DNA of 58,175 bases from Seison nebaliae (lineage: Eukaryota): NCBI GenBank assembly GCA_023231475.1, contig JALJEE010002824.1, positions 1-58,175 on the forward strand, written 5' to 3'. The translations under genes were made by a program, and so were the position numbers. A model generated the notes under the pieces. That model ran no database searches and was not told where the DNA came from. It saw nothing but the letters and a program-made list of their open reading frames with translations. Each line of letters starts with the position of its first letter. The first letter of the stretch is position 1. Positions 47,837 to 58,175 of this stretch are shown piece by piece.

Positions 47837-48819
47837 ATGGGTGGTGACGGAAAAAAAAAGGAACTAGCAAAATTGACGTTCGCTGAGAACTTTCTTCTCT
47901 CAGGAGCAGCAGCTGTCATTTCTAAGACTGCCGCAGCTCCAATTGAACGTATTAAACTTTTAGTACAAGTTATTGTGTTCATTAATTTTCAAATGTTCTC
48001 CAATTAAATTTATTATTTCAGAATCAAGGAGAAATGTTGAAACAAGGTATCATTACTGAACCGTATAAAGGAGTCATTGATTGTACAACAAAAACTTTCA
48101 AGAATGAAGGATTAATGCCTTTCTGGAGAGGCAATTTGGCCAATTGTATTCGATATTTTCCAACACAAGCATTGAACTTTGCATTTAAAGACAAGATCAA
48201 AGCTCTCTTCAAACCCTCAAAAGCGGATACATATGCAGTAAAAATGTACAAAAATTTGGCATCTGGTGGTGCAGCTGGTGCATTATCATTAGCTTTCGTT
48301 TATTCGTTGGATTATGCTCGAACACGTTTAGCTAACGATGCCAAACGAGGAAAAGGAGGAGGTGAACGTCAATTTAATGGAATGATAGATGTGTATAAGA
48401 AAACATTGAAATCGGATGGATTCGTCGGTTTATATCGAGGATTCGTCATCTCTTGTTTCGGTATCGTCATTTATCGTGGTTGTTATTTCGGTTTTTATGA
48501 TACGTTGAAACCAATCGTTTTGGGAAATGACGCTGGTGTTATGAGCAGTTTCCTCCTCGGTTATGGTGTCACTGTTACCGCTGGTTTGATTTCATATCCA
48601 GTCGATACCATTCGACGACGTATGATGATGACTTCTGGCCAAGCAGTCAAATATAAGGGATCAATCGATTGTTTCTTGACAGTTCTCAAGACTGAAGGTG
48701 CAATGTCGTTGATGCATGGAGCAGGTGCCAACATTCTTCGAGGAGTAGCTGGTGCTGGTGTATTGGCTGGATTCGATAAATTTGTTGATTTATATAAAAT
48801 GCAAAAGGCCAAGATGTGA
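47837..48819 (+). CDS. ANT: Mitochondrial ADP/ATP carrier (SLC25 ANT); intron 47969-48021
   Basis: [16 protein letters not shown] | [35 protein letters not shown] signature. Confidence 0.97.
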
Positions 48820-49286
48820 AGAGCGTAAATTAATGAAGAAAGTAGAAGCAATTTTCATTTCAATATTTTTATTTGAAAGGAAATCATTTCAATTTATTAA
48901 CAAAATTTCTTTGAAAATTATTTAAATGAAGTTGTAGAACATAAATCATCACCTTTTTTTTATCACTTCTTTTATCCTAATTGGAAAATAACGTTCTTAT
49001 TAACCGAACGATAATTGTATGTTCACGCGTTTTATTTAGCCTTTTCCTTTCGGAAATTTTCTAGCATTTATGTTTAGTATAAATTGTCCACTTTCAACTA
49101 ACAAAAACAGAATTTAGAGGAAATTTCTTAAAATGTCTTTCCTCCAACAATTTCTTATCGTTCTTATTATAAAGAGGTCTTATTTTCATGATTTCTCTTA
49201 ATCTTGAAGTAATTTATTTTTCAGAGAATGGTTTTTAAATAAAAAATCAATAATTTCAATACAAAATTGTGTCGGGAAAATAATTT

Positions 49287-52200
49287 TTAAGTAAACGGAG
49301 AAAGTGAAATATTTCTTTGCAAGAAAATAGTCATGGTGGAGGACTCATTCTTTTTCTCTTGTTGCTGAGGTACGTTGTCGTTGATAGTATCATAAAATTT
49401 CGCATCAAAAAAATTATCGATCTCACTTTGTTCTTTTAATGGTGGTAATTTGTTGTTGGGAACTGTTTTTAAGTATAATTTAAAATTATAATTTGATTAT
49501 ATAAAAAATAATCTAACGATGTTTCTTTGATTTTTGAGTAAAATTGGGGAATAATTTAGAAATAAAACTGAGACAAGGGAAGAGGAAAATTGGTAGAAAT
49601 CCAATACCAAAACCGGTTGAGAAGAATAGTGGTGACATGAAGATCCATTTCCATTCGGTTTTTGTCGAACATTTCACCTTTTTTTGTTGACGATTCGCTA
49701 ATAATTATAAATTAGAAATTTAATTTTTAAAAAAAAAGAAAGAAAAAAATTGAACCATTAAATGGAGAGTCGATTAACAAACGGAAATTAATTGTTGTAT
49801 GATGACTGAATTGATCACCATTGTTATCATAGATTTTCATTTGACAGAAATATGTTAAATTTCTTTAAAATTTACATATATTAGTATTATAATGGGAAAT
49901 AGAATAAACTGTTTATAGAAGGAATAAGCGAACAACTTCCCCGTTAGCATATCCACATGGAATGGTTGTAGGGAACTTAAAGAATATTTAATATCATAAA
50001 TTGAAGATAGTGTATAATATTCCATTTTGGAATTGGTACAAAAGTTCAATTGATAACGGAATGAAAATGGTTTGTTATTCACGTCACTGTCTTTAGCAAC
50101 AAAGTGAACAATCTCTTCATTTTCATGAAGAACATTTTTGTTCATTGTCATCGAGAACCAATGATCTCTCAATGATTGACTATTAAAAATATTCGTATTA
50201 TCTGATGTTGTTCGTATGTTCATTTTGACCGAATAAATCTGTAAAAACATTTATAAGATTGTTTTCAAAATAATAATAATAATATTACCATAGAATCTGA
50301 AATTTCATCAATTTCTTCAAATCGAATGAAATTATTTTGTTTTTTCATCTGACCGAAATCGAGAACCGGTGAAAATTCATTGACATCTTCCACAATTATC
50401 TTTTGAACGAATGACGAAGATAGAAAAGAATTATCTAAAAAATGAAGAAAATGAGAAATGTTTATTTATTTATTTATTTTATTTATTATAAAATCAAATC
50501 CCCTCGGGGTAAATTAAATTTATAATATAGTTTATAATGTACATAATGTATATAAAGTATAAATAACTTTTATCTTCAACATGAATTTTAATGAAAATTG
50601 GTTGATTTCGAAATTCTTCGGCATCGATTTCAATCAAATTTAAATTTAAACAAAAATTGTCCGGTCGTTCTTTATTTCGCTCCAAACGATTTTTTTGTAT
50701 ATTCAAAAATGTTCCAGTCGATAAGACATTTCTCAAATTCTCTTCTAATAACAATTCAGTTCTAATTTCAAATTTATTGAAATCATCCGAAACATCATAA
50801 TCGCGAATTGAGTATTGTTTAACACATCTCAGCGATTCCTTCTCAGCATCTTCACGAATGACTATTGTATTACTGTGAATAGATTGTGAATATAAATCTT
50901 GGATTATTGGCACATTATCATTTATATCGATAACATTCACAATTATATTCAGTTCACTATATGTCCATTGTGGTGTTTGGAGATATAGAGTAAATACGAA
51001 ATGATTCCGTTTCTCCGCATCTAGTGGTCGAATTAATCGAATTTTTAATTCATTCGAATTGAATGGAGATGTAAATATTTTGAAATGTTTTTCATGAATT
51101 CCTGAACTGAAAGTTGACAAGAATTTTGAAGATTTCGTTATGACCTTTTAATCGGTTAATCTATATATTCGTTAACAGAAATCAACTAACAATAATGGAG
51201 AATAAATTTGTCAAAGTTTCAACATCTTCTTTGACAGATATTTCTAAATGTCCAATACTCGATTGTGAGTGATTGTGCGTAATATTCTTCCAATTCATTC
51301 CATTTTGTTCAAAGTGATAATGTTCAACATTCCGATGAATTTCTAATAAATCGAAGGATATTCTTTCAACTAAATTCCTATTTATTTCCAACAGAAAACA
51401 TATCTCTCGTTTTTCGTCTTCATCGAACGTTATCTGTAATTAAATTTTAACCACAAAAAATTTAATAAGTTTTTAATTGAAAAAATTTCGACTTGCAAAC
51501 AATATTTGTTTTCGTTTTTCCTCTTTCCCAAATTAACATAAATATAAATTTGCCATTTATTATTTGTGAGTAGATGTTGTTTAACTTTCATATCTTTTAC
51601 GGACGATAAGACTTCAATAACGAATTTATTCTTGGTCTGAAATTTTTGAATTTAGAAAAATTTTTAACAAAAAAATTCAAATTTGAAACTTCAATTAAGA
51701 GTGTCGGGTCGAGTTTGTGGAAAGTATCAATCGACAGTCGTTCTTGTGAACAAATGGTGAGTAATGTCGATATTTCTTCATATTTCTCAATTAACTTTTT
51801 AGAGTGACCTGATCCAAATTTTGAAATTAATCGTACTTCGTTTCTTTGTAAGATCTTTTGAATTATGGGAATTGATATAGTTCTTGTACAATACGATGAT
51901 GTTTGTGGATGGCAGAAATGATTTGTTACATCAATTTTGATTAGAATTTGATCGGTATATTTGAGAAAGAATGCTTGTCTATTGAGATTAGGGAAATTTA
52001 TTGTCAACTTACCAGTATATTTAGTAATATCAAAACAATGTTTTAGATGTTTTGGTTGGACGTCGTTAATGGAATATTGTACTGAATTCTTCTTATCATA
52101 TTCCACAGTAGAATGGAATTGATAAAGATTACGTGAAGTTTTTGGAGAGATATAGAGATGTTGTGGAAGATTTTGAACATGTGGAGGTGTATCAACAACG

Positions 52201-53109
52201 TTTTGCACCTTTACAATAACCGTATGTGTTGCGTGTAATGGTTCATTGTGTGAACGAATAGTCTAAAGAAATTTTTAAAAAATATTAATTATTAATTAAA
52301 GAAATTAAAATTATTTGAAAACGAACTTGGATAGATAATTGTAAATAATATTGATGAATTTGTTCATAATCTAATTTCTTTAAAAGTTTCAATGAAAACA
52401 ACTGACAGAAAACAGTTTTCTTTTCAATAACAATGACATGATGATCGATGTAATCGACAGAAAACGGTTGGACTAATGACTTATCATGTAGAGGTTGTGA
52501 AGCGTTGGCCACCTCAACATTTTTCACGTTCAATATTAATTTATTTGGATTCCTTTCCGTAAATTGTAAATCTTTATCACAAATCATATATTTTCCCAAT
52601 TCAACATTAACCGAACTACTTTCCGAAATGGAAATTTCTTTTAAATTCATTCGATCGTATTTATCGAGAAATGATGAAACGAACTGTTCACCGACTGTGT
52701 TGAGTTGAGGGAAGAATGGGCGATTATCATCTTCATCGATCAGACAAACACGTCCAACAGATGTTTGGAGGTAATTTGAATTGAGAAATATGTCAACATA
52801 AAAATTAAATTCGTGATTCGTTTCAAAATCAATTGATGAGAATATTTCCAAAAATTTTCTACTTTTAATATTTAAATAATTTGATTGATTTCTACTTTTA
52901 TCGTTCAGAATGAATTGAACATTGGAAGTTCCATTATGTTGAGGTAGCAATGAATGTTGAAGTTGACAAGTGAAATAATATCGATTCTCTTCATTCAAAT
53001 ATTGCTCTTTCATATAGAGACATTGGGAGAATGGATCGCATAATGTTGTATCGGTTGAAAAGGATTGAGAGAAAAGGAAAATGAGGAAAATTTCGATTTC
53101 TAACTTCAT
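49287..53109 (-). CDS. Second divergent cadherin-repeat membrane protein (multi-exon)
   Basis: Signal MKLEIEIFLIFLFSQSFS; IDFE, LIDEDDNRPFF, LDYEQ, NVVDTPP, LDAE, VIDINDNVP, DYD, VEDVNEFSP, AKDSD; TM-like WIFMSPLFFSTGFGIGFLPIFLFPCLSFI near 49560-49650; short tail ending at TAA 49287. Some exon boundaries approximate. Confidence 0.75.
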
Positions 53110-53471
53110 TCTCTCATTATGGTGGAAATTGATTTCAGTGAATAATAATCATATCTAACAAATTATTGGAGAAAGAACTGTTGAGATTTTTTTAAGGAAA
53201 ACGGAATGGTTTGGATATAAATTAATCGGAAACACGTTACGAGAGGAAGATTGGTTGGAGAGATGAGAGACTTATTGGGAACTGAATGAATTACCCCTCC
53301 AGCTAGTCAGAGTTAATTTGGAGAAGGATACGGAAGCTTATCTCCTCGAACTATTTCAATTGTTGATTGTCATGTTTTCGTTCGAACGACCATTTCATTC
53401 GGTTTGACTAACGTCAGGAATAAATAATAAAAATAATTTGGGAATTTGACAAAAACTGTCCATCAATTCTC

Positions 53472-53474
<3 letters not shown>

Positions 53475-53510
<36 letters not shown>

Positions 53511-53512
53511 AC
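53475..53512. repeat. (AC)n microsatellite
   Basis: About 15 perfect AC units plus an imperfect tail, upstream of the second cadherin. Confidence 0.92.
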
Positions 53513-56500
53513 GTGCGCGTAGTCTACACTAGACGGAGAACGAAAGTTATGACAGTATTGCGGAAGAGGAAAAGCCCAAATGAAAAGGACGCTTACACTC
53601 ATATGAAATCAAATTACAGAAATTAGTATCAAAAATCTTTAGAGATCTGGTGAGATGAAGAAGGAAACTCTTCACTCTGAATCATTTGAATTTTTTAGAG
53701 AAATTATTAGGAAACTTGGAAGATGTTCCATTAATGATCATATTTAAGATGAATATTCACGTCGAAAATGATTCGTATGAGACGAAATCGGGGTCATTAT
53801 GATGATCTGGTAGGAAGATTTAATGTAATTAGATATCACGCCATCTACCAGTTCAGATGGAAATTATTTTCCTGATTCTAATTTATCACCACAAGAAGAA
53901 ATATGTGGAATTTGATAAAAAAAAAGATAGAATGATATTCAATCGTCCTACAGAATAAGAAAGTATGTGACCTGAAAGAAATAGATGTGATCGCGTTGAT
54001 GCTGCTTAATTACCCTCGCCTCAAATATTCGATCGATGAAGAACAAAGCGATTGGAAGTATTTGGGAAGTGAGAAAATGGAATCGGTTCATTTATTCTCT
54101 GTCGTAATTATGGGAAAATTTTGATGATAATAATAAATTCATTTTGTTATCGTAATTTACCAATTCGGTAGTATTTTACAACACACAAAATCATAGTTCC
54201 TCCAACAATGTGATGAGTTGGACAATGGTTCACTTCACACAATAAATCGTGAACTGATTAAATTTTCACTTTCCACAATTAATTTATAAGTCTTTTTTTC
54301 AAAATTTCTAGTCAACAAATAAAGTAATATAATAGTGATAAGTAGTAGTAGTAATGGAATGGTTTCAAATACATTTTTTTTATATTCTCAAATCATCGAT
54401 TCGATGGAGTCAATTAGAAACGTTCCATAAATTTCGTAAAGTGAATGGCATGATGATTCTGCTACATTACAAATAAATTTCTATCAGAATTTTTATTTCA
54501 ATATTTTCGGTTAGAATTTCGTGGAACTAATGGATAAGTCAAACATAAATAAACGAGGAATTCTCATCTCAAAAGAAAGAAACACAGGAGTCAAAAAGGT
54601 AACATTTGCCTAAAGTTATTTTTACGATGTGGTAATAACATTCACTTATTCATTCGTTCATCCATTCACAAAACAAACTTTTATTTGGTTAGCTATGGAA
54701 CTAACTAGTGAGATGTTTAATGCATTAGATAGGTAAGAATAATGGAAGGCACTCAAAATTCTTTGGAAATTATTGGTAAAATGTCAGTCGGTCGGAATGG
54801 GTATATCGGAAAAGAAAATATGTTCAATTAGCGGAAAAGACAACATGTGACAATGAGCAAATAAAAACATACAACTTCCAAAGCGAGGAGTAAAAGTGAA
54901 GATAAACAAGTCTCCGCTGATAAAATAAGAAGTGAAATTGGTGAGTGAGGTTAAGAGATATGGGAACGTTTGAAAAAGATTTCAGAAACATCTTCACCTA
55001 ATTGAGTTATGATTTCGAGTAGGAAAGGAACGTTTACATTTCGGTTTATTCTTTTCGATAATTGTAAGTTGAGATCCAATTTCTGTTTAGTTCGTTACTA
55101 ATTCCCTTCTCCGTTTCAATTCGAATTATTCGTTCTGTCATTTATCAACTGTTCATGATGAATTTCAAGTGGACGAACAGGTCAAGGATTTCTTAGGAAT
55201 AATATTGAAAATCCTTTGTCTGACCTTGCAAGCAATTGGGAACAACGCAATCTTTTCTTAAATTTAATAAATTCTTTACCTGCAAATTCCTAATAGGGAA
55301 TAAATTCGCGTATAAGACTAGTTACATCTAATGGTATAAACATAATGATGAATGTCGATATGGTTGTTGAGGATTCTTAAAATTTTAAATTCTAAACGAA
55401 AAAATTAAGATTTATATAACATATTCACTTACATGGTGTCTCATAATATTATCTGCAATAAAATACATTTAATCTTTATTTAATACATCTTAATAAAAAG
55501 TGGCGTACAAAAACGATAAAGTATCATAAATATATCAATTGGATGATTAATTTAAAATGTAATTGATACTTCAGGCAAAATTTAGATAGAAAAATATATG
55601 TTTCCCAATCGCCCAACAATTCAGTTCCGTTGATAATTAGAGACACTGCTATCATAAATTCAACATGATCGCAAATTAAGTTGTAGTTCTGTTGTTCTTA
55701 TTAATTGAATATTCCATTTGACTACTAACAAAGTTCAAAGGAGTACTTCATTTTAAGTTCGTTGTTCATTGTTTATCGAACAGATTAGTATCGATCGATC
55801 GATAAGGATGTTCCTTCTCTCTTTCATCTCATATCCAGTCGACGGAAATAAAGAACAAATTCAATCAGACGACAAATTGATACATCATGTATCTAAGACG
55901 GTAATTCCCATTACTATTAATTGAATTCAGATATTAATTGGTTCAATCTCTTTCTCTCCCTCTCTCTCATCTCATCAGTCAATCTTCCACAAACATAGAA
56001 TTACCGGTCATTAATCTAATCAAAAGCAACAACTATCTTTTTTAGATTTATTAGAACAACAAATAAATATCTTTTCATACCATAATTCTCATGAAAACAA
56101 CTAACAAGTTAGAACAAGTTGAGTGATAAAATGTTTTAAGTAGTTTTTTAAATAATCAAATTTCAATTTTCTTCATTTTATGAAGTTTCGAGTAAGATTG
56201 CAAACCAAGTTATCAATAATAAGTTAATCATATTGAACCATTCTTCTTTGACAAATAACCTGATACGATTCAAACCGTTTCAACACCCTCAGAATATTTT
56301 AATGTTTCCCTTAATAAATTTAAAGAATGAAGCATGAATTTAAAAAAAACAATAATTTTTATTGAGAACAAATATCAAATTATTTATTTACATTAGTATT
56401 TCTCTAACGAGCAATCTCATCTAGCAAAATGGGAGATATATAAAATAATTGGAAGTTTACTACAATGATTGTAGTAATCTCTGAATTGGTCGATATTATA

Positions 56501-57375
56501 TCGAATATGATATATATGATATAATCATCACTCATCGATATACATGTAATTGTACGAAATTTTTTCATCTGATCGTAATTATTTCACTTTATTCTGTGAT
56601 ATGCTTCGACTCTTGTTAGAACTTTAACCTTCCGATTTTCCGATAGTTAATTTCTCTTCCGAGTTAGTGAATCTATCTATTTTGAAGTCATTCTTGAAAT
56701 ATATTTTATCTTTTATACCTCGATAATTAGAATGACGGTCATGACACTATTATGTCAATTACACAACTCTATCGTTAGCTCGAAAAGTTAAACTTAAAGT
56801 TTAAATTTTTTCTTCTATTTTTTAACAAATTAAAAAAAAAAACATGATAGTGTTCAACTGTTCAGATTAAACTTTCTCCAACTATTTTTATGGATATTAA
56901 AATTAATGAAAAATGAAATAATAAAGAAATGAAAATTTGCGGTTGAAAAATTGGGAAAGAATAAAGTTCGAAGAGAAAGAAAACATAATTTTAATTAGTC
57001 TAACGATAAAACTGAAACTAAAAACGATACATCTATTATATTCATTTTACTAAAAGTTCATCTTATATTAAAGAATTTTATTATAAGATATAATATTAAA
57101 AATAAATATAATAATATCATCTTATATTAGACAACAATCAAGTTCCCCGCAATCTAATATCACTTCATTTAATTTCTTACTCACGCAGAATACCAAACGT
57201 AGTTAGTCCTCAAGGATCGGAACGTTAGTCCATTCAAAAGTAGGATGGTATATGCCAAAGAAGTTGAAAGGTTTAAAAAGTTGAGAAGTTGGTGTTATTT
57301 ATGAAAGTGCTAATTTGTTAAATTATTTAATATTGGTGTTGGTAAGGATTGAAATTCGGAAAAAGTTTTCATCTA

Positions 57376-57960
57376 GTTAGTTAGTTTAAATGTTACTGTT
57401 AGTTCATTAACTGTTATTTACAACGACCTTGTTAGAACGACCAAGACGTGTTGCACCTATACGAACAGGTTCGGCGTCGTCTTGTGGTTAAGATTATTTT
57501 AATTTAAACCTTATATTTTCCTTATTTAGGTTTAACATCGGAAGTTACCTCCCAAGAAATCGAAAATGTTAATGAAAAATTTACAAAATCCGGAAGGTTT
57601 TATGATTCTTCTAATCGATCAGGCTAAAGAATAGATAAGAGAGATCAGTAGAATAGGGGAGTATTGGAATAAGAAACTCAAAGAACTAAAGGAAGTTAGT
57701 AAAACTAAAATTTCTTTATATAATTTACAACTTCATTTTAGAGCTTGTCCACATATGTCTCCCGGAGAGCAAACGATGAGAGAGATCGTGGATGTTTTTA
57801 TCAATAAGTATGAACGATTGGTGGTTTTTAATTCTGGTGGTTAATTAATGTTCTACGTGGTCGCTATGTTGTTAGTAGTCCATAACTGGTCAGCGACGAA
57901 ATATATAGTGCCGAAATCACTATGTACCAAGACAAGAGTAAGATAAATATATTCTCATAA
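57376..57960 (+). pseudogene. Spliced locus without an intact ORF: decayed gene or lncRNA
   Basis: Three intron-shaped segments matching this window's consensus (57376/57380-57435, 57487-57529, 57695-57741) separate GC-richer exon-like blocks; the joined frame carries in-frame TAA/TAG. Confidence 0.4.
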
Positions 57961-58111
57961 AATTATTATTTTATTTTTTTTTTTTTTTGAGAGGTTGAAA
58001 TTTATTAAAAATTTTGAATTCTTTTCAATGATACAAAATGAAAAAAACAGGAAATTTAAATCATTAAAATTTTGAAATTATCTCATGTACATAATTATCA
58101 GCTCCACCAAC

Positions 58112-58175
58112 TCACAATCGAGAACACCGGTATGTGAATGATGATGCATTTCTGTTATCGAACACTGAACGTTTG
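58112..58175 (-). CDS. Possible 3' end of a gene entering from the right edge
   Basis: GC-richer minus-strand segment followed by an AT-rich tail with AATAAA near 57970. One frame ends ...YRCSRL* (PTS1-like SRL), another ends ...IIMYMR* near 58079; frame cannot be resolved. Confidence 0.25.
   Translation of the reverse strand, partial: KRSVFDNRNASSFTYRCSRL

Noticed and set aside
55789..55804. 16-bp palindrome TATCGATCGATCGATA
   Set aside because: It is a short (ATCG)n repeat that is self-complementary by construction; TCGA is common in this window.
53150..57100. 4-kb gene-free region as a possible mobile element
   Set aside because: No transposase or RT remnants, TIRs or LTRs recognisable by eye.
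3575..57800. Stop-codon reassignment suggested by in-frame TAA/TAG in a few exon-like blocks (ATG TAA upstream of the BAF-like gene, ATG AAA TTA TAA near 45560, the 57.4-57.8 kb locus)
   Set aside because: All three stops terminate conserved genes here (NOP10/RPL12/Drosha TAA, RNASEK/PISD TAG, ANT/HDAC1 TGA), and no conserved CDS has an internal stop. The cadherin has a good downstream ATG with a signal peptide.

Overview
AT-rich, gene-dense nuclear DNA from an animal with a compact genome. The gene set (voltage-sensing phosphatase, Mei-P26, fungal/plant-type ANT) suggests a spiralian, possibly rotifer-related; this is inference only. About 17 protein-coding genes were reconstructed by hand across short introns (mostly 39-61 nt): a BAF-domain fusion protein, NOP10, RPL12, RNASEK, a small Tim overlapping DDX55, a membrane-anchored CAP protein, mei-P26, VSP/TPTE, Drosha, PISD, a divergent Cys-loop receptor, HDAC1/2, two divergent cadherins, GPR89 and ANT. 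Most notable: (1) nearly all short introns start GTT (GTTAG/GTTAT/GTTT/GTTC) rather than GTA/GTG, predicting altered 5' splice-site recognition; (2) the small Tim ORF overlaps the DDX55 start with hallmarks of a leaky-scanning bicistronic mRNA; (3) a BAF-like domain ends a long low-complexity protein; (4) an nAChR-like subunit lacks the canonical selectivity-filter motif and loop-C cysteines. No tRNA, rRNA, CRISPR array or intact transposon was recognised. All homology calls come from recognising motifs by eye, not from database searches.
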